Origin: Octopus bimaculoides
Taxonomy: Eukaryota
Length of the DNA stretch: 64,000 nucleotides
Direction of reading: 5' to 3'
NCBI RefSeq assembly: GCF_001194135.2
Contig: NC_068982.1
Coordinates: 8,458,062 to 8,522,061 of the forward strand
Part shown: one piece after another, positions 26,565 to 38,447 of the stretch
Layout: each line of letters begins with the position of its first letter
How positions within the stretch are numbered: position 1 is the first letter of the stretch
Translations under genes and position numbers: made by a program
The notes under the pieces: model-generated
What the model was told of the DNA's origin: nothing
The model's database searches: none
Seen by the model: only the letters and a program-made list of their open reading frames with translations

Positions 26565-28037
26565 ATATGTGATTGTATACCTCTAAATTCGCTCTGTAAA
26601 TTTAGAGCATTTCATGAGTAAATGGAAGCTAATCGCTCAGTATGTTGAAACATTTTTGTTATGATACGAATATTATTTTATCATTTTCTGCTTCATTATA
26701 AAACATTCACATTTCAATTTCTAATATTTATAGTGAGTAGCATCATTTCGTAAATTAACGAGCAGTTTTTGATTGAATAATTCTCAAATAAAATTTGCTC
26801 AAAAACGAGTGCAATTTAAAAGAAAAAAAAAATCTTCGTTACTACACTGGAAGCCAAGTTCCGAACGTACATATTATTTTCTTTATGTGATCTGTGTGGT
26901 TTTTCATTCCAAGAGTGTTCAGACGTGTCTTAGACAAACTTGATTATCAAATTAATTAAAAAACTAAGTAAATTATTTCGAAACTATAGACTACCAAAAT
27001 CTCGTAACAAATTAGAGCAATGACGAATGTTGTGCTACAGTTGTACAAGATTATATGAAATATTTTTATCTGACACCAATATAGGTATTGATATGCCAAA
27101 TGTCTTCGCTGTAAAATGTTTGCCAATATATAGATTTAGATTCAATGCTACATGCCAACGAAGCTGTTATAATGCAGCGTCTTCACCATTATCGATATTG
27201 GACTTCATTTCTTTATCTGAATTGAGAAAAGCTGCGCTGCACATTCCATTTTGAAATGATACAAACATTGTTGTTAGCACTAAGTTTATATAGTTTCCAA
27301 CATAAACATACAGAGATAATAAACCACACGTAAACCATACGCACACAGCTACTTACGTATGGCTTTTCTCACCTACATCATACACACGCATACTGAGAGA
27401 TATTAAACAAAATGGCAATTTGTACAAATAGCACCCATATAGAAAAACAAAACTATCTACAAGCACTTGCAAAGTATTAAACACTATTACACTAACAGAA
27501 ACACCTCACAGCTATGTATAAAAGCTGATACAATGCATAAGGTACACACAAAGCAATCGGGTGTAAACATCACAAATGCTTAAATCACACAAACACACGA
27601 TCGTATATACGATCGAAACCATGCACGCACTGGTACATTCGATTAATCACAAACTATGATTATGTAATCATACATGCATTCCAAATGACATACACTGAAG
27701 CAACAAGCACATTGAAGAAGTCGCGTGCATCTACACTCCTTAACGTGAGACGTCAATCAAACGCACCCTTCAAAGACTCAATGCTGTCTTACCTTCTGTC
27801 TCTTTCAATACACAATGATAGATATAGCGATATCTATCATCACACACAAACACGCACACAGTATTACATATACTATCCATCACAGCCATACTTCTAAACA
27901 GAGGCAAAATAACAACATGCAGCTACACTGCGTTACGTGTAGGTACAAACTCGCACGCACAAACAAACACACACACAAAGAAGACACATCAAAATCAGTA
28001 GTGTTCATAAACACAATGACATATTTTTGTCTACTCT

Positions 28038-28690
28038 AGGAACAAGGCCCGAAACTTTGGAGGAGGGGGTCAGTCAATTACATCGACCGCAGTACCCAAA
28101 TGGTACTTAATTTATCGACCTCGAAGGGATGAAAGGCAAAGTTGACCTCAGCCGAATTAGAACTCAAAACGTAAAGACAGACGAAATACCGCTAAGCATT
28201 TCGCCCGGCGTGCTAACGTTTCTTATTTCTTTACTGCCCACAAGGGGCTACACACAGAGAGGACAAAGAAGGACAGACAAACGGATTAAATTGCTTATAT
28301 CAAACCCAGTGCATAACTGTTACTTATTTAATCGACCCCCGAAAGGATGAAAGGCAAAGTCGACCTCAGCGGAATTTGAACTTAGAACGTAGCGGCAGAC
28401 GAAATACCGCTAAGCATTTCGCCCGGTGTGCTGACGTTTCTGCCAGCTCGACACCTTACAACACAATGACATATTTATTTTTTTATTGCTCACAGGGGGC
28501 TAAACATAGAGGGGACAAACAAAGGGATTAAGTCGATTACATTGACCCTAGTGCGTAACTGGTATTTGTGTAATCGACTCCGGAAGGATGAAAGGCAAAG
28601 TTGACCTCGGCCGAATTAGAACTCAAAACGTAAAGACAGATGAAATATCGCTAAGCATTTCGCCCGATGTGCTAACGTTCCTAGTAGCAC
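28038..28690 (-). mobile_element. SINE family B dimer (28038-28458) plus a chimeric third unit (28476-28690)
   Basis: The dimer junction gctaacgt|ttcttatttc recurs at ~42410; aacacaatgacatatt occurs three times around the units. Confidence 0.85.
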
Positions 28691-29532
28691 ACTGACTTAA
28701 AACACAATGACATATTAGCGAAGAAATTCCACTAGCCAGTATCATCTACACATCAGTCAAACATCCACGTTAAACACACAGACTAATACATGCATTCGCA
28801 CAACTACAATCACAATCACATAGACCCATGTAAGGTACTGAAGTGTCACTGGCGACGCATGTTTAACCTCAGCAGTTTTAGGAAATGCTTTACCTACACA
28901 CTTAAGAAATATTTACGGCCCAACAAAAAGGTCTGAATATTGCGTAGGGTGTCCTGCTAATGATTACATGCACTTTACCCAACACATGCACTGAGTACTT
29001 ATCGGAACTATCATCAGGTGAGAAAATAAAGGAGCATAAATAACAAAAGTACGAACAAAGTTATAAAAAGAAAAGGACAAATAAAATTAACAAAATATTT
29101 ATTGTAAAGGAACGAAAAGGAAACAATTAAACACATAAATATATGCATGTATGTATACAAGTAGGAATTGTTGGAGAACATAAACACTCACACGGGCTCC
29201 AAAAGCACTTCATATATTTGTATATATATAAAATATATATATATATANNNNNNNNNNAAAAAGGTTTTTTTTGTATGATTGTGTATAGAGGAATATATTA
29301 TTTTGTTTAAAAGAGTTCCAACACTGTCTGTTTTTTATGTTTTATTTACATTCCTGCAGAACCAATGTGGGGTATAGAATATGGAATATACAATATATAA
29401 TATAATATACAATATATAATATAAAATAAAATAAAATAAAAATGGATGGCACCATGAAATAAAGTATTGAATGTAGATGAAATATTGAGTGTTCAATATA
29501 AAGGATCAAATATATAAATATAAATATATAAA

Positions 29533-29572
29533 GGCGACTCGAGTTTCAGGGCTATTTCCCTTCGTCATGGCC
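29533..29572 (-). ncRNA. Hammerhead-like motif with a 1-nt insertion in the core
   Basis: GGC-C(A)UGACGA-AGGG-aaauag-CCCU-GAAA-CUCGAG-UC-GCC; 8-nt palindromic stem III. Confidence 0.65.
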
Positions 29573-30049
29573 GGTATGCACGCGCACATACACATACATA
29601 TATATACATACATACGTACATACTTATATATTTCTTTGAAATATAACGTGTCTTGAATGTGACAACGATACAGAGTGGACTATAATAGCTGTTATAACAT
29701 AGTCTGATATAATATTACAGAATATAAAAATTCCTTCTTCCGACATCGGTAGGAATTGATCAAGTCACTACTATAATCACTTTTCCAACTGTTACCGAAA
29801 TTTGTTTTTCGGAAGCGTCTCTGCAGTGGTCTCACGAAGTTCCTTCCGGAATTCCTCATGAGAAGTGCGTGAGAGCAGTCATGTCTCAAGCTCGTGTGTG
29901 TTGGCATATCTGCACCGCCGTTTCTAAGTTATGTATTGTACGTACAGTTTTTTTTTGTGTTTTACACAACGCTACCAGTACACTCAGTGGTTAGCCTATT
30001 GACTGACTGCATAGTAGCGTCCGACATCTGCTGCTTCGGACTCATCGCA

Positions 30050-30745
30050 GCTGATATACATCGACTATTGTCCATCATCGTGGATAATACCTACTTCTCT
30101 TTCCATGATCACACATACAAACAGACAACAGGTCTCCCCATGGGATCCAGTCTCTCGAGTCTTCTAGCTATCACCTGTATGAACCATCTGGAACGTCGAC
30201 CACTCAACATCTGCCGCTCATGCACCTTTTTCACCAGACACGTAGATCACATTTTCATGCTCACAACTTCCCGTGAAAAGGCAGACAGAATTTTCACGAC
30301 GTTCAACAACATGGACACGAACATAAAGTTCACTATAGAACATCCCAACAACATTGGATCCCTATCGCTGCTCGACTTCCAACTGAAAATAACAGAAGAA
30401 GGAGAGATCTACACCGAGTTCTACAGGAAAGCAGCCAGTAGAGATATGTTCGTTCACTACAATTCATCCCTTCCACTCGGTACCAAAATAGAATACGCCA
30501 TAAATGAACTTACACGCATCCAGAGCAAGTGCAGTAGGGCAGAAGACAAGGTGACCCACAGGACACGCTTCCTAGAGGTTTTGAAAACGAAAGGGTACCC
30601 TATACCCATTGTAAATCGGCTTACGTACCCAAGACGACAAACACGCCAAACACACAGAAAACGCAGCAACACATGCTTCCTTAAAATACCCCATTTTAGC
30701 GAGAGGATAATAAAAACCATCCGAAGAGCCATAAGAAGGGAATGA
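30050..30745 (+). pseudogene. PLE reverse transcriptase (palm-thumb), catalytically dead
   Basis: YKQTTGLPMGSSLS, RHVDH in place of RYVDD, IKFTIE, LSLLDF, FYRK, GYP. The first ~55 aa of ORF 29894 come from the antisense pLTR. Confidence 0.9.
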
Positions 30746-30876
30746 TTAAGCATAGAAGTAGCCCACTCCGGCCCCTCTCAGAGAAGACACTTCGCAAAGA
30801 AACGAGGGGCACCAATCAATGCACACTAGCTAACTTCCCCATCCATGACACAGATTTGTGCTAACGGAAAAATGTT

Positions 30877-31152
30877 GTGTATAGAATACAATGTAACAAA
30901 TGCAACAAGTTCTATGTGGGTAGCACAACAAGACCGTTACACGTTCGCATCAAAGAACATCTGAATACGAGAGCCTCCTCCTTCAGAAAACATTTAGACA
31001 GATGCCGGAACACCGACAAAAGCATAACAATCACAAATGAGGCCAATGACAGAAACTTGGGAAATCTAAGAATTAAGGAAGCTATCCTCATACACAGATT
31101 AGGCCCCCAAATTGACAACAGGCTGGAAATTAGCTATCAATATATTATTTAG
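30877..31152 (+). pseudogene. PLE GIY-YIG endonuclease
   Basis: YRIQCNKCNKFYVGSTTRPLHVRIKEH...LRIKEAILIHRLGPQID. Confidence 0.9.
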
Positions 31153-31415
31153 CTACATCTCGATGAGTGGAAGTTCATTTCTGGTAACGTGTTCATGCAT
31201 TATTAAAGAACAAAACAGCACGTATAATACATGACTTAGAAGCAGCGCTGCGGATATGCCAACACACACAAGCTTGAGACATGGTCGCCCTCACGCACTT
31301 CTCATGGGGGATTCCGGAAGGAGCTTCGTGAGATCACTGTAGAGATGCTTCCGAAAAAAAAAAATCGGTAACCGTTGGAAAAGCGATTATAGCAGTGACT
31401 CGATCAATTCCTAGC

Positions 31416-31457
31416 AATATCTGAAGAAGGAATTTTTATATTCCGAAATATTATATC
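31416..31457 (+). ncRNA. Minimal type I hammerhead ribozyme in the 3' pLTR
   Basis: AUAU-CUGAAGA-A-GGAAU-uuuuau-AUUCC-GAAA-UA-UU-AUAU; palindromic AUAU stem III. The inverted copy at 29706-29747 has a mutated core (CGGAAGA, GUAA). Confidence 0.8.
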
Positions 31458-32012
31458 AGACAATGAATAATTAAATTATACAGCTATTATAGTCCACTTT
31501 GCATTGTTGTGCCATCCAAGACACGTTATATTTCACAAACAATACACAATACTTCCAGCGGAACTACTATATNNNNNNNNNNNNNNNNNNNNNNNNNNNN
31601 NNNNNNNNNNNNNNNNNNNNNNNNNNNNNNNNNNNNNNNNNNNNNNNNNNNNNNNNNNNNNNNNNNNNNNNNNNNNNNNNNNNNNNNNNNNNNNNNNNNN
31701 NNNNNNNNNNNNNNNNNNNNNNNNNNNNNNNNNNNNNNNNNNNNNNNNNNNNNNNNNNNNNNNNNNNNNNNNNNNNNNNNNNNNNNNNNNNNNNNNNNNN
31801 NNNNNNNNNNNNNNNNNNNNNNNNNNNNNNNNNNNNNNNNNNNNNNNNNNNNNNNNNNNNNNNNNNNNNNNNNNNNNNNNNNNNNNNNNNNNNNNNNNNN
31901 NNNNNNNNNNNNNNNNNNNNNNNNNNNNNNNNNNNNNNNNNNNNNNNNNNNNNNNNNNNNNNNNNNNNNNNNNNNNNNNNNNNNNNNNNTATATATATAT
32001 ATATATATATAT

Positions 32013-32395
32013 ACATACTTTGATAGGTTTCGGCCAATATTGGCCCAGGCCATGTTTAACTTAATAGCACCACCTGGCAAAGTCATTCAAATCAGGAATC
32101 TCATTGCATGGCCCACTCAATTAGAGAGTTATTGTTTACGGAGACTAATCGGAGTGTAGGAGGTTTATCCGGAATTTCTTGAAAGAATATGTCCAAAGGC
32201 TTCTTGAACTTTATGGGGTCTGTTTCTGCTTTAATGTGTTTAGGTGTAATGTTAAAGAGAGCGGAGACAATTGAGGCGAAATAATTGTGCCGTATTGTTG
32301 TTATGAGACGCGAGTGTGATTTATGTGGTGGCCGGATAGCACGGGGGCCAAGCCTTGAGTGTATCTTAAAGGTGATGCCAACATCATTCACACGC
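32013..32395 (-). mobile_element. CR1/L2-like LINE 3' end
   Basis: FKIHSRLGPRAIRP..TIRHNYF..LFNITPKHI..FKKPLDIFFQEIPDKP..NSLIEW, a typical ORF2 C-terminus, followed by a short 3' UTR. Confidence 0.8.
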
Positions 32396-33369
32396 ATATA
32401 TATATATATATATATANNNNNNNNNNNNNNNNNNNNNNNNNNNNNNNNNNNNNNNNNNNNNNNNNNNNNNNNNNNNNNNNNNNNNNNNNNNNNNNNNNNN
32501 NNNNNNNNNNNNNNNNNNNNNNNNNNNNNNNNNNNNNNNNNNNNNNNNNNNNNNNNNNNNNNNNNNNNNNNNNNNNNNNNNNNNNNNNNNNNNNNNNNNN
32601 NNNNNNNNNNNNNNNNNNNNNNNNNNNNNNNNNNNNNNNNNNNNNNNNNNNNNNNNNNNNNNNNNNNNNNNNNNNNNNNNNNNNNNNNNNNNNNNNNNNN
32701 NNNNNNNNNNNNNNNNNNNNNNNNNNNNNNNNNNNNNNNNNNNNNNNNNNNNNNNNNNNNNNNNNNNNNNNNNNNNNNNNNNNNNNNNNNNNNNNNNNNN
32801 NNNNNNNNNNNNNNNNNNNNNNNNNNNNNNNNNNNNNNNNNNNNNNNNNNNNNNNNNNNNNNNNNNNNNNNNNNNNNNNNNNNNNNNNNNNNNNNNNNNN
32901 NNNNNNNNNNNNNNNNNNNNNNNNNNNNNNNNNNNNNNNNNNNNNNNNNNNNNNNNNNNNNNNNNNNNNNNNNNNNNNNNNNNNNNNNNNNNNNNNNNNN
33001 NNNNNNNNNNNNNNNNNNNNNNNNNNNNNNNNNNNNNNNNNNNNNNNNNNNNNNNNNNNNNNNNNNNNNNNNNNNNNNNNNNNNNNNNNNNNNNNNNNNN
33101 NNNNNNNNNNNNNNNNNNNNNNNNNNNNNNNNNNNNNNNNNNNNNNNNNNNNNNNNNNNNNNNNNNNNNNNNNNNNNNNNNNNNNNNNNNNNNNNNNNNN
33201 NNNNNNNNNNNNNNNNNNNNNNNNNNNNNNNNNNNNNNNNNNNNNNNNNNNNNNNNNNNNNNNNNNNNNNNNNNNNNNNNNNNNNNNNNNNNNNNNNNNN
33301 NNNNNNNNNNNNNNNNNNNNNNNNNNNNNNNNNNNNNNNNNNNNNNNNNNNNNNNNNNNNNNNNNNNNN

Positions 33370-33403
<34 letters not shown>

Positions 33404-33877
33404 TTATACAGATCACATTCACATCCATAAATAAACATACAAACATACATATATATATATATACATACACGCACTCATGCATATATATGTGTGTCTGTGA
33501 GTGCATAACCTATTAACCATTTATCCCTTATAAATTGTTATCTTTCCTGTTCGTAAATAGATACTTTTCAGTTACTTAAGTCTTTGCGAGATGGTTATAC
33601 TATATCTATATGACCGTATAGATATTTGTGTATGTGTGCATGTATGCACATAGATAAATATGTGTATGTATCTGTACACGTCTTTATTTTTTCTGATTCT
33701 CGGCTTATAATTGATATATAGGTAGCATGTTTATCTTTCCAGTATTCCATAAGTAAATGCCCAGAGCAGTCTTTATAGAAACTGCCTAAGTCAATAATTA
33801 AGTACATGAATATTAAAACTGATTCTATGTAATCTCTCCTTTTTAATGTTGAAAACTGATATATATACACATTGACA

Positions 33878-33938
<61 letters not shown>

Positions 33939-34178
33939 CACACAGTGGAGGACATAAAACCCATTCAATAAATGGGTTTTAATCACTCCCTTCACAGGAA
34001 CACACAGATATTTATTTTAGAGTAGACACCCCTTCTCTCACTGTCTAGATCTATTCCAAACAATATTTAAAGAAGACTTCAGCGAAAATTCTCCAGACAT
34101 GTTCTTGACACCAGACAGAAGGTCAACCGTTTTTAATTCAAAGTTTTCACATTTTTATAAAAAATTTTTTACTGATAA

Positions 34179-34208
34179 TTGATAAGATGAAATACATCGA
34201 AACCGGTA
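34179..34208 (+). ncRNA. Degenerate hammerhead-like motif
   Basis: (UUGAUAA)-GAUG-aaaua-CAUC-GAAA-CCGG-UA; core has two substitutions, stem II and the ACCGGU palindrome are intact. Confidence 0.45.
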
Positions 34209-34313
34209 ATATTAATATTTCTGTTTATATAATATTTCATTAAATTCCGTCTTAAATTGAAATGTCTTGGACTTCTGTGCTATTTCCACCTCCATCTTAT
34301 ATATATATATATT

Positions 34314-34369
<56 letters not shown>

Positions 34370-34370
<1 letters not shown>

Positions 34371-34990
34371 AGCGGCAGCATGAGCGATTGTATCCTTTAG
34401 TGGTCCGCATTGTAGATTTTTAATTTTGACTGCTCATTTTGCTAGTAAAATTATATGGATCTAATCCACGTGATGGTTGGGTCCATTTAGTTTTACTTAG
34501 ACCACCCACATCTTTAACGTAATGGACTGGCCTTGCCTGGCGTCTGTTCGTCAGTTATAAAATTGGAAGTTCTGGCTTGTTAAATCCCTGGGAGGAGACT
34601 TTTTACTACGAGCGACCAAGGAGCTTTTCGTGAAAAGTAGGATTTTAAGTTGTACTCTGAATAGATTTCAAGCCAGACTCTTTGAAATTAAGCTTAGCAT
34701 TTCTACCAAACACTGAATAGAAGTAACCAGAATTATTCTAACAATGCATTCAGGTTTTTCTTTAATCTCTATTCTACATTTTGATGAATATTAGAATATT
34801 TATTGTGTTTTAACAATTGAAATCTCTTACCAGATTGCTTCATAAAATGTCTTACCAGATTGCTTCATAAAATGTCTGAAGTTGTAATAAATGTTTCCTC
34901 GCGGTCTATTGTAATTTGTGGCTGAATTAATTTATCATTATCCATCTTAAATTTATTTAACAAACTTTTACTGCAATACATATTTCAATA
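34370..34990 (-). mobile_element. Possible PLE (Naiad-like) RT thumb remnant
   Basis: FHEKLLGRS**KVSSQGFNKPELPIL*LTNRR resembles F..R...L..KLL.QGF....L; several stops. Confidence 0.3.
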
Positions 34991-35334
34991 CAAATACTTT
35001 ACCAGCTTTATATATATATATATATATATATATACTCACACACATACGCACAAGAACATAAGTACACGCATATATACCTACACGTATATAATTACACATA
35101 CAAATGCACACACACATACACACATACACACGCACACATATACATATAAACAGAAACTGACATGGCTACCACTACCTATATACAGAGGTATATAAATTTA
35201 CTCGTACGTATATAGAAATTATAAATGTGAAATACTAAGAACATAGTATAATAATATATAATAACAAAATGTAGGTGATTTAGATCGAAAGTCGGGTCAT
35301 GCACTATATTTCAAGCCCCCTCCCCGCCCCGACT

Positions 35335-35590
35335 GACTCCTGTGCTGGTAGCACGTAAAAAGCACCATCCGAACGTGGCTTATGCCAGTACCGCCTGACA
35401 GGCTCCCGTGCTGGTGGCATGTAAAAAGCACCCACTACACTCTCAGAGTGGTTGGCGTTAGGACGGGCATCCAGCTGTAGAAACATTGCCAGATCAGATG
35501 TGAGCCTGATGAGGCCTCCTGGCTTCCCAGCCTCCAATCAAACCACCCAACCCATGCCAGCATGGAAATCGGTCGTTAAACGATGATGAT
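35335..35590 (+). mobile_element. SINE family D, 5'-truncated, with an (ATG)n tail
   Basis: Duplicated gtgctggt.gca.gtaaaaagcacc box, gtggttggcgttagga.gggcatccag, tail ccaacccatgccagcatgga..cgttaaacgatgatgat. Confidence 0.75.
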
Positions 35591-36115
35591 GCTTACACAA
35601 TCCATTTATACTGACAGTACATATTACCATATATTACTAATGTGTAGCTATTATCAAATAACTGATTTAGAAATTATAGAGAGTGGAGGACAACCGACTA
35701 ACTACGTATATTACCTTCAAAAAATACAGACGGTGGCCAGTAGACATTACATTACAGGTTTAAAGTTCGAGAATTCTCTTCTAGAATGGAGCGAACATTT
35801 AAGCCTAAGCTTGATTCTTCTATTAATCAAGTTACCTTGATATTTTCATATTTTGATACTTCATATAGTTTGGTGCAGAATGATCTGCTGCCGTACTTAT
35901 TATTTAGATATGGTTGGTGCTCAATTAACGCGTGTCCCTGTCATGCAAGAACTGTTCTTTGCTTCTACGTTTTCGGCGTAATCATGTCTAGGTGTGGTGG
36001 GATATTACAATACTTGGAAGAAGGGGAAGATTGGTAGCAGGGATGGCATCTGGCTATGAAAAAATCTATGAATATGGATAAATGGATTTGTCATGTGTAT
36101 GTGTGCGCGCGCGCG

Positions 36116-36512
36116 CGTGTGGTTAGAAGTTTTCTTCCTAACCACAGGGTTGCGGGTTCAGTCACACCTTGGGTTAGTGTCTTCTACTATAGCATCGGGC
36201 CGCCGAAAGCTTTGTGAGGGGATTTGGTAGAAGGAAACTGAAAGAAGCCCGTCGTATATATGCATACATATCTCTATATGTGTGTGCGTCTGTTTTAATG
36301 TCTGATTTGCTCCTCCACTACCGCTTAACAACCGATGTTAGTGTATTTACGTCCTCGTAACTTAGTAGTTAGTCAAAATAAACTGATAGATTACCAGGCT
36401 TAACAAAAAAATAAGTACAGGGGCCGAATTTCCCTCGTCACCGTCGCCACAATTTCAGTACTAAAACTTCGTCAAAGTGATGCCCCAGCATGGCTACAGT
36501 CTAATGACGAAA
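36116..36512 (+). mobile_element. SINE family A, diverged
   Basis: Collinear with the 9215 copy. Confidence 0.85.
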
Positions 36513-37469
36513 GATGTATATATATATATATATATATATNNNNNNNNNNNNNNNNNNNNNNNNNNNNNNNNNNNNNNNNNNNNNNNNNNNNNNNNNNNNN
36601 NNNNNNNNNNNNNNNNNNNNNNNNNNNNNNNNNNNNNNNNNNNNNNNNNNNNNNNNNNNNNNNNNNNNNNNNNNNNNNNNNNNNNNNNNNNNNNNNNNNN
36701 NNNNNNNNNNNNNNNNNNNNNNNNNNNNNNNNNNNNNNNNNNNNNNNNNNNNNNNNNNNNNNNNNNNNNNNNNNNNNNNNNNNNNNNNNNNNNNNNNNNN
36801 NNNNNNNNNNNNNNNNNNNNNNNNNNNNNNNNNNNNNNNNNNNNNNNNNNNNNNNNNNNNNNNNNNNNNNNNNNNNNNNNNNNNNNNNNNNNNNNNNNNN
36901 NNNNNNNNNNNNNNNNNNNNNNNNNNNNNNNNNNNNNNNNNNNNNNNNNNNNNNNNNNNNNNNNNNNNNNNNNNNNNNNNNNNNNNNNNNNNNNNNNNNN
37001 NNNNNNNNNNNNNNNNNNNNNNNNNNNNNNNNNNNNNNNNNNNNNNNNNNNNNNNNNNNNNNNNNNNNNNNNNNNNNNNNNNNNNNNNNNNNNNNNNNNN
37101 NNNNNNNNNNNNNNNNNNNNNNNNNNNNNNNNNNNNNNNNNNNNNNNNNNNNNNNNNNNNNNNNNNNNNNNNNNNNNNNNNNNNNNNNNNNNNNNNNNNN
37201 NNNNNNNNNNNNNNNNNNNNNNNNNNNNNNNNNNNNNNNNNNNNNNNNNNNNNNNNNNNNNNNNNNNNNNNATATATATATATATATATATATATATACA
37301 GTGTACGTTTAAACACATAAGAGGCATCCGTCATAGGATTCCTTACACGCTACAAGGAACAGCTTAAATGCAATCCACTATTAGGGATAAATTTCGAAGG
37401 GAATGAAAAATAAGAACATTTACCATCTATCTCCTGTACCATCGTTTCAGACTTCGCCTAGCAAAGTTC

Positions 37470-37570
37470 CTGAAAAGTTCCTGGCTTTAATGGCATTGCC
37501 AAAGGACTGGTTGGAAGCTCATCCTTTCGATTTCTTCTACAGGGCTTCGAAAAAGTGAAGATCTGCACTG
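37470..37570 (+). mobile_element. Mariner-derived fragment
   Basis: ctgaaaagttcctggcttta terminus-like motif followed by a KDWLEAHPFDFFYRA-like C-terminal transposase stretch. Confidence 0.45.
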
Positions 37571-37680
37571 TTGAAATAGGTGTGGGTAACAGACATGGGA
37601 ATATGTTCAATAATATCATAAAGAAATGATCCAATTGTATTTTCTTTTATCAAAAGCCAGGAATTTTATCATTCCCCCTC

Positions 37681-37735
<55 letters not shown>

Positions 37736-37906
37736 GAGACATACATATATATACACACACATCTTTGCTGATTCACTGGAATCGATTAATTACTGAAGTC
37801 AAAACACAATCATTGTTTTTAAAAACATTAATTGTATTAATTAAAAATATTACTTAAAACTATTATTCTGGAAACTTGCTTAAACAGCAACGCAGTTGCT
37901 ATTTAA

Positions 37907-37947
<41 letters not shown>

Positions 37948-38259
37948 CACACACATACATTCAATATAAGTAATTATATTTATTCATAATAACTAATTTC
38001 GCTGTAACAGATGAACAAGCACTTTCTGTGTAATAATGAAAAGTAGATCTATGTTTTTTGATTTCAAATCGTATATTGCGTTTTCTCATAGACGTTCGAT
38101 CGAGACTTTCCGCATACATGCATTCTTGTTTATGCATATAATTACATAAACGAGCAAATAGCGACAATAAGTCATATATACACTTATGTATATATATATA
38201 ATGAATTTATATGCGTGTGTGTAAGGACTTTTATATGTATATACATATATGCTTATTTT

Positions 38260-38348
38260 CTGAGTTTCGGGCGTGTGGCTAGTCCTTGGCCGTTGGGGTA
38301 TGAATCAGACCCCAATGGCCGAAGACTAGCCACACTCCTGACACTCAG
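38260..38348. other. 40-bp-arm GC-rich hairpin with an adjoining nested palindrome to 38373
   Basis: Arms 38260-38299 and 38309-38348 match at 34/40 (37/40 with G-U pairs on the + strand). Confidence 0.9.
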
Positions 38349-38396
38349 ACTACCAAGGAGTCTGAATCAGACTGTTTAGATCTGTCTTTCCCTCCC

Positions 38397-38427
<31 letters not shown>

Positions 38428-38447
38428 GTTTATATATATATATATAT

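Larger units (their letters stand above)
29630..31570 (+). mobile_element. 5'-truncated Penelope-like element flanked by inverted pLTRs
   Basis: RT and GIY-YIG reading frames lie between ~400 bp inverted repeats (29630-30050 versus 31150-31545). Confidence 0.9.
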
